Counted from the stretch's first letter, positions 10,858-24,034 are shown. The stretch is 64,000 nt of DNA from Macrostomum lignano (GCA_002269645.1 NIVC01001626.1:186001-250000), one strand, 5' to 3'. Notes: a model not told the origin generated them from the letters alone. A program made the numbers and translations.

Positions 10858-13800
10858 CAGACAATTAGTTAACGAGTAAGCTAGTTGCTTTTTAGATGCA
10901 GGGAAGATATTAAGTCGATATTCTTGAGTGTTAAAGAGTAAATATATAGTGCGCAGACCGGTAGCTATATGGATCTTGCGTTCAATTGCTTCTGTACAAG
11001 TATGGAGTTATAGGACGCATGCGCAATATAGATGGCGTTTTAACCAATAGGGTATATCACAGAATTTCGATTGCGTAGAAAGTAAGCAATTCCGATTGAC
11101 CACATCCGTTCAGATTACCTAGCATAACTTAATGCTGGTTCTGTGATTCATGGATTTAGCGGTTAGCAACCATGGTAAAATTGTGATGTAATGAGTGCCA
11201 ACAAGAGCACAGCAATTTTCTTTTATAGTATAATTGTCACCTTCACTTAACTGTGTTGCTGAATGAACGAATAAGTGTTATTCATTTACTAAATGTAGAA
11301 GACCAAGTTTTGTTTGACTTTACACTTATACACGTGTTTATGTTGCCATGGTCACGAGCCACGACCATAAGTTTACAGTACACGCACAGGACAGTTGTCA
11401 ATAAGCGCCAAAATTAATTACAAGATAAATTTCAAGCCAACTCACCCATAATCTATACTCTGTGAGGCGCACATACAGTAGCGGATCTAGAATTTCATTT
11501 GGGGGCCGAAGGGGGGGGGGCGTCAATCCAAGTTTTGGGCACCAACATGAGTATGAGGGGCGCCAATTTTTAAGCTAGGGGTAAAAAAATGCGTAGGAGG
11601 CGAAAAATCTAGTTTAAAGGGTGCAAACTTAGGTTTTTGGGGGCTCAATAAGTTCTATCAAGCTCTATCCGCGGGTCCGCCCCTATTGGCGCTCCTTGCC
11701 TTATAGTCCCTGAATTAGCACATAACATAAACATATGTACAGTCATAAGCTACGCTATAGGTATACAGTTGTTTTCTAAACTTGTTCAATGGCTTTTAAG
11801 TATTATTTTAAGTAAGTTTACATGTACACGTAGATGTAGTACAAAAAATCTAATAATCAATTGTCATTGACTTGGGTTGAAAAATTAAAAGTATGGATAA
11901 AATTAAGTGCGCGCTGTAAATGTTATGCCTCGAAACGCACTCAAACAAAATAATAAATGCAGATAACATACGAACCTTTATTACTTTAATAAGAGTTTAT
12001 ATTAACAGCTATATATTTTAATATTTAACAACGAAAAATAGTCAAATCAAGTCTAAAGCTTGTCACCGAATTGACCACTAGTGTCACCGAAACGTCCCAA
12101 GTTGTCACCGAAGTTGTTGTCACCGAAATGTCTTGTCACCGAATTGACCTGGGACCATATTTACTATATATATGAAATGAACCTTAACTATAAGAATAGC
12201 TAGGGGGCCTAACTTTTAATAGAAATGTCTATTTACCAAAATGTCATATAGACTATATAGCCTATAAAACAATAATATAGAAACCCTATACGAACAAGTT
12301 AACAAATTTTAGATGGCTGTTATGTCAATTATGCTATCAATATTTTCTAGTGTTACATTGTGATAGAGATAATATCTAGGTATGTTGTGGCATATTATGG
12401 TCAATAGGTGGTGACACAAAAAGTATAATGTAGGGGCCTATGCGACACTATAGGAGTAGGCTCACATAGGCCTTAGTAATTAGTTGTTGTTTAAAACTTT
12501 GAGTATAGAGTTTTAAAATGTTTAGGCCTAACTTTAATTTTTGTTTTTTATTAATTATAACTTATTATTTACTTTTTCTACCATTTTTTGTAATTTTTCA
12601 AATCATATTTTTGCATTTTGCATTGTGACAGTATTGTTTTGCATTGCACTTTTTCATACTTTTGACTTTTGTCTTGTCTTGTGTATTGAGCTACATTTTT
12701 TGCACTGGTATTGCACATTTTAGGTTTTTAAAACTTATTCCAATTGAAAATATAGGTTAGATTTAAAAAATTATATATTTTACAAAAAATAAAAAAACAT
12801 GTGCATTTAGGGACCTAAATGTGTGTCATGATTATGCACAAAGAGCATTAGAAACCTTTGACAATTTGTATCATGCTAGAATTTTCTATGATAAAACCAA
12901 GGCCATCTTCTAAATCACTTTATAGCACTGGACTATAGAGCAACAGCTTTAAGTTAGTGAAATCACTGCGAATGACTTATTGTTTCTCATGGAAATAACT
13001 CTTAACTAAACTAATTTATAGCTAGGAGCCTATATAGGCCTTGAGGTCTACAAGTTAAACTAAGTTAGGCCTAACTATAAACTAATTGAATGAAACTAAT
13101 CTTAAAATTATAACTATTAAAATAACTAGTCTAGATTTTTATTATTAGCGCCTAATCAATTTAAATTATTAATACTAATACTAAAGTAAATTATTATTTT
13201 AGTCTATTATTAAAGCCCACAATAATATTTTTGCCAGAGTTTAGCCACTCCTTTTCTTATATTTAAATGGCTTTCTTTTCTGGGAAGTATCAGGCAAAAG
13301 TTAAATTATTATTAAATTTAAAGTCCTGTTCAATTTTCAAAGTCTGCCGACTTTATGTACAAAAATGCTATACTTTTTGCATACTATTATAAACTGATTT
13401 ATACGTTTCTTTTAACTAGTGTCATAGAAAGTTCCGTAATTTTAATCAATATATAAAGTAAAGTTTGGCTCAACACTTTTTACTTTAAAACTGAGTTCAT
13501 AGTTCTAGCAAAACATTGATTTTCAAAAAAACACTAGTATTTTTTAGCATTTTTTTCGTCTTGATTCTGTCTTCTGCATCAGTCAATCAAGACAATCATA
13601 AGTCATTATCCCAAATGTTTTGATTTGACTGATTGATCTGAAAACGTATCGAGCTGTCTGAGTTTTTTTCGTCCTCAAAAGGTAAATGTATTTTACTGTA
13701 TGATAGATTATAGATAATACAGCTACAGTAGCTGTGTTTTTTTACACAATTTTAGAACGTGAGAATCTTGCATAGCATGTTCGAAGGATCAAAGCTACAG

Positions 13801-14721
13801 CTAGTATACATGTACCTAGCTTGTCTCACGTGCTCATCAATCAGAGAACTACACTGTACTTATATGAAGGAAGGTGTCATCATTCACCTGTCCACCTAAC
13901 AGCAAAACATTAAATAATTCTCCCAACAGAAGAGTACATGTATCATCGGATTACATGCTACTTCCGATTACATGTATTGATGTAGAAAATCCGATTGAGC
14001 CGCCGGTTTCAAGGCACTACTACAAGCTACTATACACATTAGGCACATGTACGTAGCACGCACAGGGGTATGTACGCCGGCATACAGTCACATACAGGTG
14101 GACACACAGACACAGCGGCTCTGATCCCCTGCAGCTTCTCATTGTCAGGTCCAGCGGGAATCGTGGCCGCTGGACATGTAATCACAGCTGAGGTCATGCA
14201 AGAAGCCATAGCGACATTAAAGCGTTAAAAGCCCTGATGCAACAAGTGAGACTGCAGGAAATGAAATTCTGTAGGCCGGGAAGTTAACAACAGTTTGCGG
14301 CTACGAGACTGACTGAGCATCATGTGGTTGGACCGGAAGCTTTCACAGCGAGCCATGCATTAACGAAAGATCAAGAGAGTGCCGCCTCTCAAGTACAGAA
14401 ATAAAAGAGCTAGTCATCGAATATCGCTTTATCCCGTGTGTCATTAGCCGAGTGAGATCTAACTGTAATAAATCTACATGCGCATGTGTAATGGTAAGAA
14501 CTAAAAGCTGCATTGACTGGGGACACTAAAGAGCACACCTCGCAGTGCCTAGCTAGGCAGAGCCTGCATAGCACGAATGGCAAAAGCACAAATGAAAGTG
14601 ACTGCCAGCCTAATGAGGTAGTTATTAAATACAGGCTCATTACTGACTGTCCTAATTGTCAGTCTAAACCATAAACCTGCGAAAAAGTCTGTTCTTAAAC
14701 ACTTTCCTGTAAGTCTCTAGA

Positions 14722-16220
14722 GCACCTGATTTCTCATGCAATCACACCTGATCTCTCACGCAATCACACCTGATCTCTCACGCAATCACACATGATCTCT
14801 CATGCAATCACACCTGATCTCTAATGCAATCACACCTGATCTCTCATGCAATCACACCTGATCTCTCACGCAATCACACCTGATCTCTCACGCAATCACA
14901 CATGATCTCTCATGCAATCACACCTGATCTCTAATGCAATCACACATGATCTCTCACGCAATCACACCTGATCTCTCATGCAATCACACCTGATCTCTCA
15001 TGCAATCACACCTGATCTCTAATGCAATCACACCTGATCTCTCATGCAATCACACCTGATCTCTCATGCAATCACACATGATCTCTCACGCAATCACACC
15101 TGATCTCTCATACAATCACACCTGATCTCTCATGCAATCACACCTGATCTCTAATGCAATCACACCTGATCTCTCACGCAATCACACCTGATCTCTCATG
15201 CAATCACACATGATCTCTCACGCAATCACACCTGATCTCTCATGCAATCACACCTGATCTCTCATGCAATCACACCTGATCTCTCATGCAATCACACCTG
15301 ATCTCTCATGCAATCACACCTGATCTCTCATGCAATCACACATGATCTCTCATGCAATCACACCTGATCTCTCATGCAATCACACCTGATCTCTCACGCA
15401 ATCACACCTGATCTCTCATGCAATCACACCTGATCTCTCATGCAATCACACCTGATCTCTAATGCAATCACACCTGATCTCTCATGCAATCACACCTGAT
15501 CTCTAATGCAATCACACCTGATCTCTCATGCAATCACACCTGATCTCTAATGCAATCACACCTGATCTCTAATGCAATCACACCTGATCTCTCATGCAAT
15601 CACACCTGATCTCTAATGCAATCACACCTGATCTCTCATGCAATCACACCTGATCTCTCATGCAATCACACCTGATCTCTCTCATGCAATCACACCTGAT
15701 CTCTCATGCAATCACACCTGATCTCTCATGCAATCACACCTGATCTCTCATGCAATCACACCTGATCTCTCATGCAATCACACCTGATCTCTCATGCAAT
15801 CACACCTGATCTCTCATGCAATCACACCTGATCTCTCTCATGCAATCACACCTGATCTCTCTCATGCAATCACACCTGATCTCTCTCATGCAATCACACC
15901 TGATCTCTCTCATGCAATCACACCTGATCTCTCATGCAATCACACCTGATCTCTCATGCAATCACACCTGATCTCTCATGCAATCACACATGATCTCTCA
16001 CGCAATCACACCTGATCTCTCATACAATCACACCTGATCTCTCATGCAATCACACCTGATCTCTAATGCAATCACACCTGATCTCTCACGCAATCACACC
16101 TGATCTCTCATGCAATCACACATGATCTCTCACGCAATCACACCTGATCTCTCATGCAATCACACCTGATCTCTCATGCAATCACACCTGATCTCTCATG
16201 CAATCACACCTGATCTCTCA
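14722..16220. repeat. 22-bp minisatellite, ~1.5 kb
   Basis: Unit CACCTGATCTCTCATGCAATCA. Confidence 0.97.
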
Positions 16221-16765
16221 TACAATCAAGCATGATCTCTACTTTGAAAAAGTCACGAAAATAAGGCCAGGCGAGTTAAACTAAGCTTTCTACGCTCGTA
16301 TATTTATTTAAAGTGTCTGCCATGCAAATGGCTTACAAACTTATACGCTGGTAAAAGATACCAAAAGCCATCACATCCATCTTAACAAACGATTAAATTT
16401 TAACGCGAAATTAAAGTAAGACTCAGACTCTAAGCAAAAAACTACAGAAACCGGATAAATCCGAAAAACAGAAGTCTAGGAGCGTGTGGTATATGCACTC
16501 TAGAAAACAAAACCGAGAAAAGTATATCGAAGATATTATAACTGTGCAATGGTTTCAGCAATCTGTGACCAGCAACAGGCGTCAAGTTAGAGAACAGAAT
16601 TTGTTTAGTTGGGACACAGCGCTTTTATCTCATACAGTGAAGCCGTACTATTCTAAGAAAGAGTTCCTACAACAATAATATCATCGTCCAACGCAAACCA
16701 CATACGTTGGTTTTAAAGTAATTTGCAAAGCAAACACAAATATTTCTCTTTGCTTAGATTCGAAC

Positions 16766-19700
16766 TCAGGCGTCAGGCTCAAGGTAAGCACCGTCGTCAT
16801 GCTCCACCAGTGCGCGCTGCTGATCCAGGAAGCGGCAATACGCCGCAACATTAGTCGGCCGGCGGACCGAGATCACGAGGTTCGGGTGCACGGGGTTCGC
16901 TATGTACGCATTGACCCTGCGCCTGGCGTAGTCAACGGGGATGGCAGCACCGAAGGTGGTCATCTCCACTTCTTTGTCACTGAAAATTCCGCGACTGGCG
17001 GCTGCGATGTACTTGGACGGACAGGCGAGGCAGTCATTCATGGTGCCGACCATGTCGCGGAAGCTCGGCCGAGACTCCGGATGCGGCAGCCAGCAGCTCA
17101 GCAGGATGTTGTAGAAGTCGATGCTGCAGATGTCGGGCTGGTTCAGCCGGATGCCCTTCTTCAGCAGGCCGGTGATGTCCTCCACCGAGCGGATCCCGTA
17201 CGGGTTGTAGGGCGACTCGCCGAACGTGCAGATCTCCCACAGCAGCACGCCGTAGCTCCACACATCCGACTTGTGGCTGAACAGTCCGGACTCAAAGCAC
17301 TCGACGCCGAGCCATTTCACCGGCAGCAGGCCGGCCGTCTGGATGAACTCGCCCTCCGACATGTCCAGCAGACGGGCCAGCCCGAAGTCCGTGATCCTCA
17401 CTTGGTCCGGAGTCTGCAGCAGCACGTTGCGGGCAGCCAGGTCGCGGTGTACAATGCCCAGAGACTCCAGGTACTCCATGCCCTCCGCCACTTGTAGACC
17501 CCAGCGCAGCATTCGCTCCGCACCGATCTGGTTGCGGTGCGCTCGCAGGAACTCCAGCAGACAGCCCCGAGGCATCAGCGCCGTGATCAGCTGCGGCTCC
17601 TGGGTCAGGCACAAAGCCACCAGTCGGATGCAGCATGGATGCTGCACTCTGGCCAGCATGCTCGCTTCGTTCAGCAGCTCTTGGCCCAGCTTCGGACTGT
17701 GGCCGCGCAGCACCTTGATCGCGACGGGCAGCTCGCGAACTCCCTTGTTCGTGCTCGACCGCAGGATGCCCTTGTACACCGTGCCGAACGCGCCACTGCC
17801 AATCTCCTTCTGCTTCATCACATCGTCGTCATTCACAATCAGCAGCTTCGCCATGGCGTTCGGGTTGCTCGGGTCCGTCAGGTACTCGTCCAAGTCGACG
17901 ATTTCGTACTTTCGCATCCGCCTCCGGTAGTGCACGTAGGCCACCGGCAGCAGCACCAGCAGCACCAGAATGAGCAGCCCGACGCCAATGCCAACGGTGA
18001 GGAGTCTCGCAGACGCCACCGAGTAGCAGCGGCCCTTCGAGTCGGCGCGCATCTCTCGGCTGCTGCAGGCGGCCACGCACTTGCCGTCCTCCTCCAGGTT
18101 GCTGCAGCGCTCGCACTCGGAGGCGCTCGGACTGCTGCAGCCGCCCTCGCACTCGCTGTGGCACTCCTGACATTCTCCGCTCAGATTGTACCGACCGGCC
18201 TCCTGGCACGTGGCGTAGCAGCGGCCGTCCACCTCGAAGTTCCGGCAGGCTACGCACATGTCGGGTCCGGGTCCCCAGCACTCGTCGCGGCACTGGGGGT
18301 CGCAGACGGCGTTTCTGCACACCTCGCTCGTGTTGTCGAAGCTGCGCTCCTTATCTGTTTCGCTTGGCCAGTGCTCCTTCAAGTCTTGCAGCTTCGCCGC
18401 GAAGTTGAACGGAAACCAGCGAGCGCAGAGACCTCTGACATTTCTCAGGCCGAAACAGGACACGTATTTCAGAGAGGCGAAGCCAAAATGAGTAATTCTG
18501 CAGTCATCAACAAATAGGTGCCCTGAAACTTGCACGAGATTTTTAAGAAAGCTAAGGCTTCCTATGTGCTCTGGAATATTTTTTATTACAAATTTTTCGA
18601 CCAAAATAGCTCGAACGGATTTCAGATTCCAAATTCCAGAATCTGCATCCAGCGGTCCCAATCGCAGTTGATTTCCATCGATGCTTAAAACTTTTTTAAA
18701 CTTCAACTCTGTCGGTGCCAGTGTCGAACAGTTGCTAAACTTTCCTAGAAATTCCTCAGTAAGGGTTCTCTGAAAGCCGTCTTTGCACACGTGGCAGCCC
18801 TGTCGCACTCCGGCCACTGAGCAGGGAGTGCAGATTCCGCTGATGGGCATTTGACCATCAGGACATTCGACAATGCAGTACTTGTGATTGAAATCAATCA
18901 CGAAGTCTCTCGGGCACTGGTCAACGCAAACGTTTCCTGCCTGCATCAGAGAATCCTGCGCCGTGTTGATTCGGCTGTATGCCGCATCATACGAATTATT
19001 GCGGCAGCTATGGGCGCACCTGCCGGCCAGAAGCACACTGCGGCACGCGCGACACTCGCTTGGTTGAAATGACCGGCACCCTCCGAGACAGCTGTTGTCG
19101 CAGCATTCTTCCTCGCCGGTGGGCCGAGTATAGCAGGAGTGGCAGCTTCGCTTCCTGCACTTGGACACCATCTGGCACTCCGTGCTTGACCAGCACAATC
19201 GGTGGCCTTCCTTGCTCATGGGACAGTCGTCAGGGCACTCGGGGAGATGAGAACAGATGTTAGCCTGATCAGCCGGTTTGAGCGAACTGTTGGTCATGTT
19301 ATTCAAGTGAGTCACTGCATCGAGCAGATGCTGTTCTTTGTGCTCGAATACTTCACTCCAGCTAATTTTTCGGGTTAGCTGGCAATAGAGGTGGATGTCC
19401 ATGCTGGTGGAGAACATTACACCGGGTCCTTGGATCGAGACGAGCTTTGGCATGAGTATCTGAGTCGGCGTGTTGCAGTATCCGATCTCCAAGGCGTATA
19501 AAGGGTGAGAGGGGCTTTGCGAGTAGATGAAGCCTCTGATGGCTCTGAGGTTCCGCAGCTCGAGTCGCTTGATGCCGAGGCCCGTGATAACAACTCTACC
19601 GGATACCTCTCTAATGGAATCAAGAAAGCTAGTATTCATTTCATAGATGTTGCGGTCGATTGTGACTCCGGTGAAGTGCGACCCCAGAAAATGGACGTGC

Positions 19701-19906
19701 AAATCTCCGTTTACGAATTGACAGCCGTCCACCTTGCGGGAGAGAATTTCATGCAGATAGCTCACATTCTTTAGCTGTTTGTAGTCGCTGTTCGTGATGC
19801 GGAGGCTCCGGCAGATTTTGGGCTCCGGAACTTTGGCCGAGTGGCCGGGCTTCGGCACCCGGAACGCCATCAGCCACAGTAGGACAAGGACCGCGTCGCT
19901 TCGCAT
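16766..19906 (-). CDS. EGFR: EGFR/ErbB-family receptor tyrosine kinase, copy A, single exon, 1046 aa from ATG 19906
   Basis: Signal peptide, L1 (DGCQFVNGDL, LRNLRAIRG), furin-like Cys-rich region, L2, CR2 (CWGPGPDMC), TM then RRRMRK, and a kinase with GSGAFGTVYKG, VAIK, HRDLAARN, DFG, SDVWSYG. Confidence 0.95.
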   Translation of the reverse strand: MRSDAVLVLLWLMAFRVPKPGHSAKVPEPKICRSLRITNSDYKQLKNVSYLHEILSRKVDGCQFVNGDLHVHFLGSHFTGVTIDRNIYEMNTSFLDSIREVSGRVVITGLGIKRLELRNLRAIRGFIYSQSPSHPLYALEIGYCNTPTQILMPKLVSIQGPGVMFSTSMDIHLYCQLTRKISWSEVFEHKEQHLLDAVTHLNNMTNSSLKPADQANICSHLPECPDDCPMSKEGHRLCWSSTECQMVSKCRKRSCHSCYTRPTGEEECCDNSCLGGCRSFQPSECRACRSVLLAGRCAHSCRNNSYDAAYSRINTAQDSLMQAGNVCVDQCPRDFVIDFNHKYCIVECPDGQMPISGICTPCSVAGVRQGCHVCKDGFQRTLTEEFLGKFSNCSTLAPTELKFKKVLSIDGNQLRLGPLDADSGIWNLKSVRAILVEKFVIKNIPEHIGSLSFLKNLVQVSGHLFVDDCRITHFGFASLKYVSCFGLRNVRGLCARWFPFNFAAKLQDLKEHWPSETDKERSFDNTSEVCRNAVCDPQCRDECWGPGPDMCVACRNFEVDGRCYATCQEAGRYNLSGECQECHSECEGGCSSPSASECERCSNLEEDGKCVAACSSREMRADSKGRCYSVASARLLTVGIGVGLLILVLLVLLPVAYVHYRRRMRKYEIVDLDEYLTDPSNPNAMAKLLIVNDDDVMKQKEIGSGAFGTVYKGILRSSTNKGVRELPVAIKVLRGHSPKLGQELLNEASMLARVQHPCCIRLVALCLTQEPQLITALMPRGCLLEFLRAHRNQIGAERMLRWGLQVAEGMEYLESLGIVHRDLAARNVLLQTPDQVRITDFGLARLLDMSEGEFIQTAGLLPVKWLGVECFESGLFSHKSDVWSYGVLLWEICTFGESPYNPYGIRSVEDITGLLKKGIRLNQPDICSIDFYNILLSCWLPHPESRPSFRDMVGTMNDCLACPSKYIAAASRGIFSDKEVEMTTFGAAIPVDYARRRVNAYIANPVHPNLVISVRRPTNVAAYCRFLDQQRALVEHDDGAYLEPDA

Positions 19907-22534
19907 CTCTTGCGAGTGGTGCTTAGGGTCTTTTATCTGAAATTGAAGCAATTTTTAGGGCTTCAAAATCTAAATCTCATGTTAAAAACTGGCCAATGCA
20001 AATTGCGCATACCCTCTTGCTACACAAGACGTGAAGTTCCCCCTTTTTAATTTGCTTTGAGGGGCGAACCGTTTGAGTTTGGCTAGCAGCTACTTATTAA
20101 CTAGCCACGAAGACTTGTCAGCTTACCGCAAATTGCTCTGAGGCGCAGCATGAGAAGCGAAATTTCGTGCAACCTGTGCAGCGGGGGCAGCAGCAGCCAA
20201 GAGATGCAATCCAGCTTTTATGCCCTGAGTCCATTAAGCTCACCCACTCCCCGGCCTCTCCAACCGAGGCGCAAGTGCAAGAGAAGCAGCCAATCTGACG
20301 GTAGTTGCCAGCTGTCTACACGGTTGCACCCGCGAATTTTCCAAAAGAAAGGCACAGTTGGGTGTCCGTCCGTATTGTCAGGAAACAAGTGACCATGATT
20401 TACAAGCCGCCATGCTGAATAGAATCCGTTGTTTACCGCTCTTTGTGTCTGTCGAATCCGCCTGATTCAGTGTGCATTGTCTATTGGCAATTAATTTTCG
20501 CGGAAAAAAGTCTTTGATCTCGCTGAAGTGGGAGCGGCGATCCGAATGAGGATCTGAGGAGAATTCAAGAGTCACGTGAAACCCGTTTACTAGAGGGAAC
20601 AGCTATTGGGTGCCTTCTAGAAACAAGTGATCTGAGCAGCTCTGAGCAGCCCAGATCAGGCTTTGTCACCGATTCAGCAGAGAACGTTTTGAGCCGATGA
20701 AGTGGAGACAAAAGGGTATAACTAAGTGGCCGTTTAGCAGACTAATCCAGCGCATTTATTTGATGCAGCGCACTCGGCATTCGGTGCATTGTCTGACTAC
20801 TTCGATTAGTTGCGAAGTGGCACTCTTGATGGCTCAATGAACGTTCGAAGAGAAGATTTTAGCGGGAGCAGGTCAACGCCCCCTCACAGCATGCAGCACC
20901 AGGACGGTGCAGCCCACGTTTTAAAGGTCTGTAGAGAGATCCAAACCAAGAGAACTGAACTCACCTGCAAGACTTGTGATTAACGATATGCCTTTTCAAT
21001 TTTTGCAGTAGAAATTTAGAAGCGGCCCACGCTACCGCGGATAAAAACAAGTAACTCACTGCAAGGCTCCAGACACTCCGTCACTGGCCACTAATTTTGA
21101 AAAATATTGTCTTTTGCGTGACTGCACAAAAACAGGGATTACTTGGTTTAGCCCGACTGTAAGCCCAGTAGGAAATGAACCATCTGCAAATCTACGCAGA
21201 CAACCCATTCATGATCATGGTAGGCTACGAACGTACATACGAGCGTACTTGAACGCATCAAATTGTTCCTTTAGTGTTGTCGAATGGGCTGGAGGTATTG
21301 ATGGATAAACATTGCCGTTGTGTAGCAGTACACATTTCTAAGAGCACTTGCTGGGGTCAATGCGTCGACCCAAAGTAGCCTAGGGGACAGGGAGACGCAG
21401 ATACAGCTCTGCTGCAGCATCGGTCCTATCAGCGCTCCAAAACTTCCACAGACTTGTTGGTACGCCGATGTGTAGTAGAGGGTCCTCCCTCACAGCGAAG
21501 TCCCGCGGATCCGCCTTAATAGACACCCCCTGCAGCGCGATGACATCACAGCTTAGGTTGAGCGCTAGCTTTGCCAGAGCCCCTCTCCGCCCAGGCGGCC
21601 CCGAGAGTGCGGCAGTTCAGCGTCCCGACCCGAAGTATGAGCAGTTGAGTCTCACGGAAGATCCGCATGGGCCAGCGCAGCCGCAGTTCGGCGGACAGCA
21701 CCACGTCGCCGACCGCGCCAATTTCACTTCACGTCGGAGCTCAACACGCCGACGTTCGCTCCGCTGCTCTTGCTTAGTCCTGCCGCTGTTGGCCGCCGCA
21801 GCAGTGAAGCGCAGTCGACCGTCTTGACCACTTGGAGGTCGCAGAATTTACTTTATCAACGTGCAAATAATACAGGACTCCCCTCTCCATAAGTTTGACT
21901 CAAGCCCCGATGCCAGGCATCATTTGTCACTTAGTGAGCCATTTTGCACTGCGTCTGCAGATGCTCAGTGTAAGCTACAAAACCTTCCTTTGCTTGACTT
22001 CAACTGGCCAAAACGAGTCCAACACACTAGCAATGCAAAGTGCACTGAAGGCCAAGCTTTTGTTAGAGAGGAAGAAACAAACAATATCGCGTTACACTGA
22101 CGCAGCTTTCCCAACTTTGCTGTAATTTTAGCTCGCTAATGATTTAAGATGCACAAGAAACCTCAGCAAACTTCATGCTTGCAGCTTTGAATATTAGGCT
22201 CGCTACTTACAACAGTATACGCGGGTCTGTGTGCTAGATAATTATCACGCCTATGCCAATGTGTTAGTCGATAAGTCAAATATGGATAAACAAAAATTTA
22301 GATAGATTTCGATCTGTTTGTGAAGCTGCTGATGATGACATTTAGACACAAAAAATTGCAAAACCCATTCGACTGAGAGATGCATGCTGCAGTTCGAGAT
22401 ATCTGGGCTTTTAGCCCGGCTGCTTTTCACACCGCAACAACCACTCCAGTGGACTACTGGGAGTAACGGGGTTACAACGGTAACCACCAACTATCTGTTG
22501 CCTATTCGTCTTTCAAGTCACTGATTAAACCACC

Positions 22535-22695
22535 AACCACCAACCAGTCCCGGGATCCCACACCAACCAGCCCCGGGATTCCCCACCAACCAGTCCCGAG
22601 AGCCGAGATCCCGCACCAACCAGTCTCGAGATCCTGCACCAACCAGTCCCGGGATCCCCCACCCACCAGTCCCGAGATCTCGCACCAACCAGTGA
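22535..22695. repeat. Short degenerate ~22-bp tandem repeat
   Basis: CACCAACCAGTCCCG(G/A)GAT units. Confidence 0.75.
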
Positions 22696-23074
22696 GGGGA
22701 CACTATGCATCCAACGCCGCAACAGTTGCAGCACATCGTGTGGCAAGTCAGCGTTAGAGTTTCAAGTGAAAACTCGTATTTCAATCCAATGCAGTCCGGA
22801 GGGCAGAGTTAATGAATTCACGGCATGAGCCGGCGCAAAACATAATGCAGGATCATTTCATTCTTCACGATAAATTTAACCAAGCCTAACAGCTGCGCAA
22901 ATTGTGACTGACATTTGCAATATCTGAGGCCATGTGGATGAGCACTGGACACTCAAACAGAAATGAAATTGCAATAAACCTGTGAGCAGTCAGGCTGCAA
23001 GCTTGAGTTCGAAACATGCATAATACGGTTGGGTTTTAAAATGTTTAAAACTGTTTTTACGGTTAGGCCATCGG

Positions 23075-23465
23075 GGTCACGGAAGGCCATGGGGTCATGG
23101 GGGTCAGGGGAGTCATGAAGGTCAGTGGGGTCATGGGGGTCATAGGGGTCATGGAGGTCAGGGGGATTAGGGGGTCAGGGCTCTAGGGGGTCAGTGCGTT
23201 AGGGGGTCCGGGCGTTAGGGGTCAGGGGGTCATGGGTGTCATAGTTGTCATGGGGATCAGGGGGTCTGGGGGTCATGGGGGTCATGGAGGTCAGGGGGAT
23301 CAGGGGGTCAGGATTTCAGGGTGTCAGGGTGTCAGGGTCAGGGGTCATGGGGGTCATGGGCGTCATAGGGGTCATGGAGGTCACGGGGTCAGGGTGTCAG
23401 GGGTTAGGGGTCATGGGTCAGGGGGTCAGGGGGTCAGGGGGTCAGGGGTCAGGGGGTCATGACAC
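23075..23465. repeat. G-rich GGGGTCA(T/G) low-complexity array
   Basis: About 40 GGGGTC-type motifs in tandem. Confidence 0.85.
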
Positions 23466-24034
23466 CTCAAACGGCCGACCATTAAAATTTGTCTACTGCA
23501 CCTGATTGGCGGCTCGGACACGCTAAGCGGTTGAGCCGTTTTTTTCTAAAATTAAAAAAATAGCTCTGGGATGATTAAATTTTGCAAAATTTCCTCCTGC
23601 GAAATGTCGCGATTAGGCCGCCGTGTTTGCTTTCGAAGTTGCCGCGCGCTTCCCTCTTGGCCCCAGATTTCCGCGCAAATATTTTCCCCATCTTTAATTT
23701 ACTCACTCTGCAGAGTTCCCTTCACAAAAAGTTTGCAGAAATCCAAGCCAGCTCTGTGCAGTTTGAGTTGCCGTACTCAATCTGGCACTTTTATTGCTGC
23801 GGCACGAGAGGCAATAAAAGCCAGTGAAAAACGCTGGGCTGCGCAAGCAGGCAGCGGCTGCACTAATCGCGTCCTGCACTCAGCGAGTTCGTCTGTTCGT
23901 CTGGATGAAATAACAGATTTTGCCGTGAAGCCGCTGATAAATGCAGGCTGCGCGAAATCCGACTGCGCTGCTGGCTGAACTGCCTCTTCCAGTCCTCTGC
24001 GCTTCGTGTCCGCCCTCTGCCGCTTCTTAGCGGA

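Larger units (their letters stand above)
7852..12156 (-). mobile_element. Mutator (MULE, FLYWCH type) DNA transposon, non-autonomous
   Basis: Terminal inverted repeats 7852-8462 and 11546-12156 (611 bp, about 2 mismatches), each with five TTCGGTGACA subterminal motifs. Perfect 9-bp target-site duplication ATATTTACT (7843-7851 and 12157-12165). Internal transposase remnant. Confidence 0.92.

Noticed and set aside
22251-22490. Possible hAT dimerisation-domain remnant
   Set aside because: Only a vague PLEW-like match interrupted by stops; insufficient support.
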